Assembly: GCF_009834535.1 (NCBI RefSeq)
Contig: NC_045696.1
Coordinates: 95,172,001 to 95,232,000 of the forward strand
DNA from: Camelus ferus
Taxonomy: Eukaryota
DNA length: 60,000 nucleotides
Direction: 5' to 3'
The translations under genes and the position numbers were made by a program. Position 1 is the stretch's first letter, and each line of letters begins with the position of its first letter. Below, in pieces: positions 12,459-23,884 of this stretch. The notes beneath the pieces were generated by a model, which saw only the letters and a list, made by a program, of their open reading frames with translations, was not told the origin of the DNA and searched no databases.

Positions 12459-12489
12459 CAGACCTGTGTAATTATGTCCCCTTGTATAA

Positions 12490-12623
12490 TAGACGCATGA
12501 TACGAGTGCATTTCACCTCCACCCAGGCATGTGCATAGAGAGGCTTCCAGTCTCATAGACACATGATAAGGGTGCTCTGGGCCTCCACCCCCAGGCCTGG
12601 GCATGGAGGGGCTCCCTGTCTCG
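12490..12623. repeat. Two-unit degenerate ~66-68-bp tandem repeat
   Basis: tagacgcatgatacgagtgc...cctccacccaggcatgtgcatagagaggcttccagtctca versus tagacacatgataagggtgc...cctccacccccaggcctgggcatggaggggctccctgtctcg. Confidence 0.75.
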
Positions 12624-12647
12624 TAGAGACGTCTCATAAAGTCACTC

Positions 12648-12798
12648 CCAGGCCTTGTGACTGATTGATTGTTTTATTGACGACTCAGTTTCCCTACACT
12701 CTGGTTGATTGAAAACTCAGGTTTCTTGTGTTCTGGGTTTTTCCCTTCCCCTCCCTCTCCGTTGGCCCAGTCCTCATTTCTATCTAAGCTACCTAAGA
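12648..12798 (-). mobile_element. Third, U3-only copy of the His-ERV LTR
   Basis: Aligns with 3601-3751 (tgattgatt...gactcag...catttctatctaa...acctaa). Homology stops just before the TATA box. Confidence 0.88.
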
Positions 12799-13400
12799 TT
12801 CCCCTCCCTAGTCATAGGACCCCAAATCTTGGGGACGTAGAAAGCGAGGACCGCTCTAGCTACTTCCTGCTGATCTGGGGAGATGATGGAGCTCATTGGG
12901 GTCGCAGACTAGCTGGCTGTCCTTGGGCAGGATGTGAGCAAAGGGTCGGTGTTCATCGAGGGGCTTGTATATAAGTGGTCTTGGCTGACTGGTTGATTAC
13001 CTTCTTAATAATCATTTGAAGTTTATCTCTAGATGAAAAGAAACACTTCATAAGAAGGTTGAAAAGATAGAGGGCAAATATATAGAGTTAATCCTAGCCA
13101 AAGGACGAAAGGGGTCAACAAGGGTTTTTAAAAAAATTGATTTCTGTGCTTTCTGTTGGTTTCGATTTTAGAAAGCAGATGTGAAGAGTTAGTCCAGTGA
13201 ACTAAAGGAGGAGTAAAAAGAGGGACCCCAATGTCAGAGACATTTCAAATTAGTATTAAAACAGTTTGGTGGGGGCCCTAAAAGAGAAAAGATTTGAACC
13301 AGGAGACATTGAAGAAAGAGGTTTATCTGTCAGGGATCCATAGTCCCCTAGGGCGATGTCACCAGTGTTGCTTGGAAAGCAGTCACAGATCACTAAGAGG
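12799..13400 (-). pseudogene. env 3' remnant, 3' untranslated region and PPT, upstream unit
   Basis: Minus strand near 13015-13065 resembles a gamma-type TM cytoplasmic tail (FNLLMK...SR...LQM); PPT at 12799-12812; homologous to 3752-4030. Confidence 0.55.
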
Positions 13401-14849
13401 TTCCCAGGAATATGTGGCTCCCATCGGTGAACCAGATCTCATCAGGGTTTTCCAGGGGTTGGTCAGTGAGATCTGTTCTAGCTCCTAGAGAAATGGATAG
13501 GGTTTCATGACATATATGAAAGGGAAGAGACTGGTCTGGTGGTGGTAATAGTGTAGCAGGGTTGAGTGTCCCACAAACGGAGACAGTGACATCTGGGTTT
13601 TCCAGTAATGATGCCTGATATTTAAGAAGCCGAGCATCTGAGAGCCAGGAATGTCCCTTGCCTTTTAAAAGGTCAGAAACTTGATGGTTAGCTTATGCTT
13701 GTATAGGGGACCCCAGAGTTAGCTTAAAAGCTTCCTCAGGAGAGCGGAGAGGGCTCCCAACACTCTTAGGCAGGAAGGCCAGCCTCAAGCAGTGGGATCT
13801 AGCCTCTTGGAGAGGTATCCCATAGGCTGCTGGGTAGGACCCAGCCGTTGCGTGAAGACCCCCAAGGCTATTCCTCCTCTCTCATGAACACAGAACTGGA
13901 AGGGCCTGTGGGATCTGGAAGCCCCAAGGCTGGGGATCTTACTAGGAGGTTTTTTAATTCTTCCATTGCTTCCTGTTGGGAAGGACCCCACTGGAGAGGT
14001 ACTGAGTCACCCTTACCCCGTAAGCTGTCATGTAGAGGTTGGGCTATGGACCCATAGTTAGGGGTCCTAAGCCTACAGGAATCTGTTAGTCTGAGAAATG
14101 CCCTGAGCTGTTTTCAAGTAGAGGGATTAGGGAGTTGTAAGATTCCCTGAATTTGTTCAGGGGAAAGGCTTATGGTTTCCAGGAGTCAGACCAACTCCTA
14201 GATAAGTGACCTCTTGTTTGGCAAATCATTTTGACCTTGGACTTGGAAACTTTATACCCCCGCTAGGCCAAGAAGTGAAGAGTTTGGATTGCATGTTGGA
14301 TGGCCTGTTCTCGAGTATGGGAGCAGGTAAGTAAGTCACATATTGTTTCAATTAGGGAACCAGGTAGGATCTCTGAGGGAGGTGACAACCAGAGCAGCCG
14401 TCTTTGCTCGCTCTGGGACGCCTTGATCCCAGACGGCAGGATTAATTTTATTCTCCCAGGTCTCTGGGTCTGGAGGTTTTTCTCCTTCCCCAGAGAGCAG
14501 TAAGAGTTGTAAAGAGGTGAACATTTGGAGACTTTCTCCCAGGATAACTCAGGTTCTCAACTTGTAAAGAAGATCTTGGCCTAAAGAGGGGCTAGGACAT
14601 GCTGGCACACGTGAGAAAGAACATGCGCATGCGTGTTCATCCCATAAATAGCAAAGGGGAAAGTAAAGAATTTTAAGGTCGGTTTACCTGTGACTGACTC
14701 CCTTGATGGGACAGAATCTAGAGAAGGGTCTGGAGAAAGATGTTAGTACAGAGTAGGTGGTCCCGGTATCCAAAACAGAGTGATTGTCCTACCTGCCACA
14801 TCCACTTGTCCCCGTGGCTCCAGCCCAGTGATGACGATGTCTTGCGTTG
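13400..14849 (-). pseudogene. pol: Decayed and internally deleted pro-pol, upstream unit
   Basis: Protease LDTGTTYSVL (~14745-14775); RT pieces INPAVW, GYKVSK, QEVTYLG, GVFTQRLG...GYLSKRLD, LLKYQA; RNase H start WFTDGS (~13420). The RT core and integrase are absent. Confidence 0.88.
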
Positions 14850-16314
14850 GGGCTGACTGGAGGGGGCTCCTTCAGTCCCGGACAACCATTTGCAGGTCGG
14901 TTATCCCCTACGGGCCATTTGGCTTGAGGGTCAGAGGGCCGCCCAATGACCTTGCTTTTTACACCGAAAGCAGGCAGATCTTGAAAATTTGTCCTTATGG
15001 GGACCTTTCTTGGCCCACTGACCAGGTCAGAGGCAGAAGTATTGATCATCAGGCTTGTCTCAGGCTGCTGGGGGCCGAGGACATACGGACGGCGGCTGCC
15101 CTTGAAGGGCTGTAATCATTTGGACCTGTCTGGCCTCTTTCCTTCTTTCCTTCTCCTGAGCCTTGGCCTCTTGTACCTGATCTCAATTTACAAACAAAAC
15201 AAAACAAAAACCCGTGGCAGCAATGGTTAGCATTTGTCAAGAGTTACTATGGGTTCCCAGATTGCCTTTTGGCATTTTCGTCTAATATCAGGGTCAGACT
15301 GAGTAAGAAATTTATCCTTTAAGATGATTTGTCCCTCATATGAGCGGAGGCCTAAGTGAGTATACTCAGTGGGTGTCTTCCGGATCCGCTCTGAAAAAGC
15401 GGGGTTTTCTCCGGGTGCCTGACTCACAGCTAACACCTTAGAATAGCTGGTAATTTTCTGTGCGGCTGCCTGGAGTCCTACCTTAACACAGATTAAAAAA
15501 TGGTCTCTTTCCCACTTTTGGTTAAGGTCATTAAGATCCCATCGGGGCCCAGCTGTTTCCCCCTTGGGGTATTTATCGTTAGACAGATGTAGGCTGTCTG
15601 CATATTTTCTGGCTTCTCTGAGAACCCTTCCTTTTCTATGTCAGATAAGGTTTGGCCAAGGATGATATTAACATCTTTCCAGGTGAGGTCATATGCCAGA
15701 GTGAGGTGCTGAAATGCCTCTCTGTTTTTATCTGGGTTCTCTGAATAGCTTCCCAGATCAGTCTTAATTTATCTCAGTTCTACCAGAGAGAACGGCTTAT
15801 ATAAGAATTGAGGACCAAATTCTCCACCTGTTTCTACCAGGAGGCAGGTCTTAGCTATCAAATGTAATGGAGGAGCTGAAGGCAGTGTATTTCCTGAGTA
15901 TGAGGGAAATGAGGGGTATATGGTAGGGAGAGCAGGGCAGGGCGTAGGTTTAGGAGAGTCCCCCTCTCTAGGGGGTGTCAGGGACAGTAGGTTATTAACC
16001 ATTACCTGAGTGGTTAACTTACATCCTTCTGGAAGATCATTGCTCTCCCTCAGTAAGTAAAAAATTTTAACGTATCGTATCTCAGACCATATGGCTTGTC
16101 TCTTACAGGAGAGATCAAGCTGGAACGAGATAGTTGAGTTTATGCTCCCACTTATAGGCCATACTTCCTCGCAGGGAAGTCGCTATTGTGGCCAAGCAAC
16201 ATTACAAAGGAATGTAAGTGTTCTTCTTTTGAGAGTTTGTAGATCAAAACGGTCCCAGTTGGCCAATATGCAGCCCAAAGGAGTCCCAGCAGGGACAGAC
16301 TCTTGGTTTCCCAT
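14850..16314 (-). pseudogene. gag: Decayed gag (matrix, capsid, nucleocapsid) of the His-primed ERV
   Basis: ATG at 16314 gives MGNQESVPAGTPLGCILANWDRF...LCNVAWPQ* (gamma-type matrix). Capsid pieces YKPFSLVELR*IKTDLGSYSENPD and QIILKDKFLTQSDPDIRRK, and a knuckle CFRCKKQGHW. Several stops and frameshifts; the end coordinate is approximate. Confidence 0.88.
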
Positions 16315-16723
16315 CTGAAAAACAAGGGTAGGATGCAGGGGGGTTTCCAGAGCTTAGCGTCCTAAGGTGAAAAGCCCACGGACTAGGCTGACGTCTCAGC
16401 CTCTGTCCACAACCAAATGCATCCTAGAGGGTAGCCGTGAATCAGCAGTGCCTGGCGTCCTAGGGTCCTGATTCAGGGGAGGGAAGGTGATGTCTCAGCC
16501 TCCACTCCAGAAAGGGGGAAACGGCCACAGTCTCACTGTGTGCTGGGCGTCTCCGTGGTCTGATTGGAATGATCTCCTTTAGTTTAGCCAGTGGCTGGTC
16601 TCCCTACCACGCCTTGTGTTCTCAGTCCAGCTGCTGCAACCGGCCCCAGGAGCTTGTGCTCCGCTCGCTCGCCTTGGGGAGGGAGAGGGAAATGAAGGAG
16701 GAAAGATTAGGTTTAAGCATGCC

Positions 16724-16741
16724 ATCCGAGTCACGGCACCA
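16724..16741 (-). promoter_or_regulatory. Primer binding site, tRNA-His
   Basis: Minus strand reads TGGTGCCGTGACTCGGAT, the 18-nt His PBS known from HERV-H, 7 nt inside the LTR. Confidence 0.93.
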
Positions 16742-16748
16742 AAATTAA

Positions 16749-17106
16749 TGTTACCAGGAAAAGGGAAACAAGACTTACCTCGGTTCTTAGTCACCCGAAA
16801 AAAAGTTTTTTGACGAGAGACAGAAAGCGTGATATAAGCAAGATTTTTATTGGTGAAGTAAAAACGTAGAAGCTAGTACTCTCCCGAGAACTGGGAGCGG
16901 GGCAATCCCAGAGAGGAAAAATGGCGCCGTTCCCTTGTTTTTCCTGCTTTTATATCCTGGTTTCATGATTGATTGATTGACTGATTGACAACTCAGGTTC
17001 CCTGTGCTCTGGTTGATTGACAGCTCAGGTTCCTTGTGTTCTGGATTGTTCCTCGCCCCTCCCTCTTCCCCTGCCCAGTGCTCATTTCTATCTAAACCAC
17101 CTAACA
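16749..17106 (-). mobile_element. 5' LTR of the His-primed provirus
   Basis: tgttacc...cctaaca, homologous to 3399-3751; followed on the minus strand by the PBS; minus-strand AATAAA at 16846-16851. Confidence 0.93.
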
Positions 17107-19840
17107 CTTCCTGTTACTAAAGCCCCATTTACAGTGTCCAGATTTTGACTGTTAACTTGCTAGTTGACAGTCATGAAGGCTTCTTTTGTTCAGCCTCTGC
17201 AGCAGGCTTCTAGTTCCTCATCTGTCTCTCCACTTTCTCCTAAGCCTACAGTTGTGTAATATTATGGGACTTTGGGGGTCTAGTTTTCTGCTTAGCTTTG
17301 CCACTCTCACCATATGACTTTAGTAAGGAGGCTTATATTCCCTTCCAGACCAGTACTGTATGCCATTCTAAATGGACTTTGGAGATCTGCTTGGCTAACT
17401 TTTCAGTTCTTTGGCATGGCGTTGCTCTGAATTTAAGTCTGAACATGCACTTCTTTTGCAGACTGCTCACTCATTTCCAGACCTTCAGAGCTACCATAAC
17501 CGCTGGGTTCTACATCCCCTGTAAACACAGTGTTCTCTTGTGAACGCATCCTGTCTGCATGGGCAATGCCAGCCATAGTTGCCTTTCAGGTATAATTTGG
17601 GGGGTACACCTCAATATTTAATTCCCCCATAGAACTGTCCAGCCAGTGCCAGGATGGATTTAATAAGCTAAGCACTTGGGCCCAAGGAGTCATGCAGTTG
17701 TGGGACATTCCTATGGAGAACCCGGCTGCTTTTTTGTTTCCTAGGAGATGTATTCATAACCACGGCACATGCAGTGGTTGCAATAGTTAAAATTTCCCTC
17801 CAGTGACATTGTGCCCATCACCGTGGGATCACACAAACCCACCCGAAGCTGCAGTTTAACCCAGACACCAGGCTCTGCTAAATTCCACGGGCAGGGATTC
17901 AACGCCCCAGGTGCCGCCAAGAGGCAAATGTGATTGAGAATGGCAGTTAGCATTTACATAACAACCTGGCCACTCCGACCACCATCAACCAACCGTCAGG
18001 TTTATTCTTTATCTGTTTGAGAAGAAATTCTCTGTTTCGTCATTATGAAACCCAATGAGGGAGAAAGAAACTGATGGCTCTTGCTTCAGTAAATTGTTTC
18101 TGAAAGACCTGAACAGGCCGCTAATGGTAACATATATTAACCGTGTCCTAACCTGCCGCTGCCGGTACTCTCCTAAAATGGTACACTCAAGGGTAGGCTA
18201 TATTTTTATCCATTTCCCAACATAATTAGCAAAAGAGAAATACCACTTGAATAAAAATAAAAGCTCATGCAACCAAAAAGGAAGAGAACCGAGGGTCTGC
18301 TTCCTTACAGGACCAAAAGGAGTTGCTCTGGCCCCCTTGGTTGCCTCAGCCCCCTGGTTGCCTGGGTTGGGGGTGGGGTGGCGGGTAGGTCAGGGCCGCT
18401 GAGGTGACAGGTGTGCAAGGCAGGTGCAGACAGCTCTTGGGAGGAGAGTCTCTGAGCCCCAGGCCCAGGTCAGCCGCAGCACACATCTGCTTTTCCTCTT
18501 CTGGGGTTCAGAGTGCACAGGGCCCCTTGAGAACCCAGAGTCCAACTCCCAAGAAGTTTGGAGGAGGAGGCCGTGGCCTGGCCTCGCACAGCCACAGCCT
18601 GAGGGTGGCTGCAGACTGACCACCCGCCCCAAGAGCTGCTGGTGCCGAGGCCTCTTCTAAGCAAAGCTGGGACCAACCATGGCAAGTACGATGTGCTGGA
18701 GGCTGGGCCGAGGCTGGCCATGGCACAAGGCCACTTCACTTCATTGAGGCCCAGTGTTGTTTTGACAGGTCAAGAGAAGTCAACACAAATCCCTTCACAT
18801 TTAAATCTCCAAGTTTCACGTTCTTGGATCTCTTCATGGTGTTAATACAATAGACTTTCAACATTCAAAGTAGGTATGTTCTAGGCTGTCAAAAGTTTCC
18901 AAATCCTTGAATATTGTAACATAGTTGTTTTTCTCCAGAACACACAGTAGACTACCTTAACTAGTAGCCTGCCTCAGATGCATCAGTGAGTGGTGTAAAA
19001 CCAAGCAGAAAAAACAGCAAAATCTTGTTGCTCACTGTCCCACAGATTCACTTACATGTTAAGTGACTGTTTCCTGCAAGAAAGAAGCTACTGTTCAAAA
19101 GTGTGCCTCAGGAGAATTATAGAAGGTCACTGACTTTCAGGGTCATTCCAAAGTGTAAACTTCGAGAGTGTCAAGGTTCTGCAATGAAATGGGAAACTGT
19201 ACTTTTAAGACAAGGTCCCCAGGGGTCCTGTGAGCTGAGGACCCCTAGTGGTCACCGTGGCAATAACACCTCAACAACCAGCATTGTCTGGGGAATGACT
19301 ATCTCAAATACCATCTTTCAGATGCACAGATATTCTGCTGTGATTAATAAAAATGTTACAATGGCTTTTTGTTATATTTTTTTCAATTAAAAGATACCCA
19401 AAAATACTATCCCTAATTGGAGAGAGTCAGATGTTTTGATGCTACTCACAAAGATTGTGAACCCCTGCTTTAGGTAATCACCTCCAGAGCAGCTACTCTC
19501 TTTGAAAAGCAGCACCTTGAATAGTGGGGTCCAATAAAAATAACAAATATTTCTAGAGCTCAACCAGTAACAGAACTGTATTAATTATTAATAGTGTACT
19601 TATTTTTAACGCAATAAATTTTAGAAAAAAACGTACTGAACTACAAAGGAGAACTTGCAGCCCTTGACCAAATGCCAGGCGGCACAGTCCCAAAAAGTAG
19701 CACTAAATGGTCCGATGAGCAAATTTCTTCACACGGGAACTTTGGCTTTCACTGACTCTCTGTGAAAACTGCAAAAGGCAAAGCCATATGGATACCAGGC
19801 CTCACTTCAACCGAATTTTTAATCTACCATTTAAAAGATT

Positions 19841-19851
19841 CACACACGCGC

Positions 19852-19883
<32 letters not shown>

Positions 19884-19923
19884 TCTCTCTCTCTCCCTCC
19901 CTCTCCCTCCCTCCCCCCACCCC
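19841..19923. repeat. Compound microsatellite (CA)(CG)n(CA)n(CT)n(CCCT)n
   Basis: Direct inspection. Confidence 0.95.
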
Positions 19924-20433
19924 TGAAGAGTAACGTCATGTCCTGGCTCAGCTGTGTGTGTGCGTAAACACTTTAATCCCTCCAAATCAAGTGTCATCGT
20001 CACTTCATTTCAATTATTACTGAAATATTCTCTTAGATTGCCTGTTTTCCAGGGCTAGTCTCTTGGGGCAGTCAGACAAATAAAATTTCGTGTATAGAAA
20101 GACAGTGATTTAGAACTGATTCAAGAGTTTCTTTTTTCCCCTTAAGAGTTTTCCCCTCCTGCACCTAAAATATATCAAACAGCACTTAAAGTGTCAGAGG
20201 AAGGGAGGGCAAGATTTTTCAGAAGAAACACTGGGCGGAGGTCGGCAACACATCGGGGTTCAGAATCGCCCTCTTGGTAGCAAAGGTGAGTGAGGAAGAG
20301 AGTGAAGGCCTCACCTGCCATCAGTAAACACCTGACCATGAACGTTCCCATCAATCTGTTCACACAGACAGACATGCATGAGTGCTCGAAACACGCCGAA
20401 ATAACTTACTCTTCAATCTCAGATACACAAATA

Positions 20434-23400
20434 TACTTAAGAAAGAGAAGTTTTATTAGGGCAATTTCACTTTATTTTTCCATACAGCAAAATCAACTAC
20501 TGCAGTAATAATAAAATAAGCATAAAACAAATTGCAGCCCAAGACAAAATACATAATTTTAAGCAACTACAAGCAGAAAGTAAGTTGTGATTACATAATA
20601 GTAAAACCAAGCATATCTGTCCTTTCAGCAGACGAAGGCGGTAGGGTTGCTGGTAAGTGCAACGTCATAACCAGCTGGAGTGAAGGCTGGATCCACTAAT
20701 TCAACAAGTGCCCGTTATCACATTTGCTTTTTTGAGTGCTTCTGAGTTGAAAATGAAAACCGTGAAGTTTGAACTGTGTCTTATTTTTTCACCTGCTGAA
20801 AGAACAGCATCCCTACAGCAATTAAAAAACAATCACATAACAACTATAGCTACGGTGTGCTGTTTGGTTTGCCTGTTGATGGTTCAAATTTTGTGACAGT
20901 CAATACTTTGTTTTGAAGATTTTTTTTTTCTTTTTGTGTGAACATAAACCACTGAAATTGGCAGAAACTGATTTGAATAGTATATGTCCTCAGTATAGTT
21001 CTTCCTCTCTCTCTCTCTTTTTTTTTTTTTTGTTTTGTTGACGTTTTAAACATGCAGTAGTTTTGAAAAAATGTAAGGAATATCTGATCCATGATTTCAC
21101 CTTAATGGTTGAAGTACCTGCTATTTTTGGTAATGATCTTCAGGCAGATTTGGCCCAATGGAGTTTTTGTCAGTCATGAGATCTTGGAAGGATGGTATAT
21201 CTTTCCAGCTGAAAAAATCCTGGCAAACTACAAGCTGTCCACAAAAAGCAAAGCAACGTGTTTGAAGGGGAATATATGGAGTGCTAACTCTGTGCCACTT
21301 TTTTTGCAAGCAATTTTGCTCAGTCTGTCATTTTATTAGCCTTAACAAAACTCCTTGTAATTATAGACGTTTTTATTCAAAATAAGATCTTACTATTATA
21401 CAGGTTTCTCTCTTTTGACTATATACAGAAGTGCAAAAAGTCAACCTTCTCTCTAGACGTTCCAACATGCTAAATTGCAGCATAATCAACCCTCAAGAGT
21501 TTGCACACACGCTATAATTCTCATTACGTAAACTTTGAGTATTTGGATTATCAACAAAAAGTCCCTTGTTCTATTTATTGATTATGCAGCTTATTTATAA
21601 CAAGGCCTGATATTCAGGGATTTCAAAAATATTAAACAATACTTTAACATTTGAAATGGATACAGTAGAAAATAAATTTTATTCTAATATCTAGGATCTA
21701 GATTTTCTTATAATAACTAATTACAAACAAAATAAATCATCAAAATATTACTCAATTGTCTGCCAGGATTGTTGCAATAGCAACAACTTAACTTCTTACT
21801 TAGCAATGATTATATATTTATAAGATATCCATATAAAAGATCTTTGTTCTTTTAATGAAAACTAGACAAGAACTAACAATGACTGACATTCTTACACTTT
21901 AATATTAAATCAGTAAAATATAAATCATTTAGTTAACAATAATACGAATACTCATGACACTACATGTAATTCAAAACTGAGTATGTTATGAAGGAAAAAC
22001 TACTTTAATTTTTTTTGTGTGTATTTTGAAAAATTCATTGGTAAAATCTAATAAAACAATAGTCTATAAACTGAAATGGTATTCAATTGTTAATAGAAAA
22101 TGAAATCTAATAAATGTAGGAAATGAAAAACTACATTTTAACAAGAAAAATAAGTAATATTCTATAATGTAACTAACTACAATGACATGTGGAGTCACCA
22201 TTACTCTCTTAACACGACTGAAATTACATTGGTGTGGGTTCCAACCCGTAATGTAATAATCTAAGGCTTTAATAGATGTACAGTACAATCAGTAAAATCA
22301 ACACATCAGTCTTATATTAGAAAGCATCTCTCTCAAGCATAAAAACTTGCGGTAAACTTGGAAGTATGGAAAGTTCTATAACTGAACTCTCGCTTCTCCC
22401 ATTCCATACTAGAACTACCAGTGACCTGGCCCCGACTTCAGCAATTTTTTTTAGAACTGCTGAATCAGAGCAAAAATATCCTTTACAAGCTGCAACATCC
22501 AAACCACAAAAAAAGGAATTCCTTTGGATGAATCCATTCTTAGAAACTGAATGCACATCTATTTTTTTTTTAATTTTGTAAAAGGCTTTCTAAGGCTATA
22601 AGCAGTAAATCTGAACAAAACAAAACAAAACAAATCACATATAAAATTCACCCATGTACATCACCCACCCAATTACTAGGTTAATTAAACATTTCCCATT
22701 TTTGTATTTTGGTTTATCATGCATCTGATGACAGTGCTGCTTTCGTCTTTGTTTAGAGTCACTTATTTTAAATGTGACTGTGATGAAGCATTTAAGCAAA
22801 TGTGAAACCATTTTTGCAAAGCATTTAGAGTCTTTTGACTTTTGACAGAGCTATAAATAGAAGCAAAAGAATTTCCTCAAACTTTTTTTTGTTATCGTGT
22901 CTCAGAAATGGCATATCCCTTTTGAATAACATGTTATACAGTATAGTATGCATAAATATTACACTACAATGCATTAAAATAATTTTATATATATCTATTA
23001 TATATATCTCCAGTATGTGTGAGTTTATCTGTATTGAGAGTTTGTGTTGTGCTGTCTATGGTTACTGCAAAGTTAAATCGGCCATTTCTGAGACAGCTTT
23101 GGTTTCCAAAAAAAAAAAAAAAAAGAAAGAAAAAGAATGGTGCCCTTTGACTGATTAGTACTAGCAAATAAGCAACAAATGTGGCTCTGAAAACAATAAC
23201 ACTGAAGAAATAATACTCTAATTTGATGTACAGTCTATGGCACTTCATGAGAATCCTTAACAACATGGTACTTAAAGCCATGATGTGCTTTAAAAGATAC
23301 ACAGTTGTGGTTTTGCTTGGCACATTCATCTCTGTCAGATCCCTCCCTCACCACATCTTAAAATCTATTACATTAAAAATATTACTCTTAAACAAAAATG

Positions 23401-23884
23401 ACTGTGCATGCACGCTCTCATCTATAATGGCAATTTTAAATACAAGGTGCACCTTTGTTATTTGTAAACCTTGAAAGAAATAAACTTATTTTTTAAAAAA
23501 TTATATCTTGGTCTACAGACGTACCAATACATAATAGAATCATGGTTACACCATAGTCTGTCTTTTCAAGATGGCATGAATATATAGGAAACTAATTAGG
23601 TCTGCATATTTGAATGCATCACTCTGTGCTAGAAAAGAAAGACAATGTTGTTCTTTTAGACAGGAATATCACCTCAGCACAAATATCAATTAAATGTACA
23701 AAGTGTATAGGCAACAGTGTGCAGTGGATTTCCATGTTGTCTTTTCTTCTGGTTAGCATGCAATATGTGGATGTCTTGTGGCTGAGGGGTTTTTGTGTGT
23801 GTTGCTTGACGGTATATACAATATGGCTAATGACCTCGTCCTTTACTCTAACCAAGCACACTGTCCTTTCCTCTTTAGTATGAT
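20434..23884 (-). other. MBNL1: MBNL1 terminal non-coding exon (3'UTR, ~3.45 kb)
   Basis: Acceptor cccttgtag|ATCATACTAAAGAGGAAAGGACAG at 23884 matches the MBNL1 3'UTR start as I recall it. AT-rich, no recognised transposons, ends after tandem AATAAA; the 3' end is approximate. Confidence 0.85.
20452..20476 (-). terminator. MBNL1: Tandem AATAAA polyadenylation signals (distal MBNL1 site)
   Basis: tttatt at 20452-20457 and 20471-20476, with GT/T-rich sequence downstream on the minus strand. Confidence 0.8.

Larger units (their letters stand above)
3399..17106 (-). mobile_element. Defective class I (gamma-like, HERV-H-type His-primed) endogenous provirus with internal duplication and nested insertions
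   Basis: Two ~355-bp TG...CA LTRs (3399-3751, 16749-17106) flanked by CTTC at 3395-3398 and 17107-17110. His PBS next to the right LTR, polypurine tract (PPT) next to the left LTR, and gag/pro/pol remnants on the minus strand. Confidence 0.92.

Noticed and set aside
12120..12471. Ile/Tyr-rich ORFs of 82-84 aa
   Set aside because: Translation of a TA low-complexity tract.
3399..17106. The full present-day 13.7-kb composite moved as one RNA
   Set aside because: Both nested solo LTRs carry AATAAA in the host's sense and would probably truncate such a transcript; at most the two-unit backbone could have moved as RNA.
18330..18845. GC-rich patch with many short ORFs; possible exon or CpG island
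   Set aside because: Few CpGs, no recognisable protein, no convincing splice pair.
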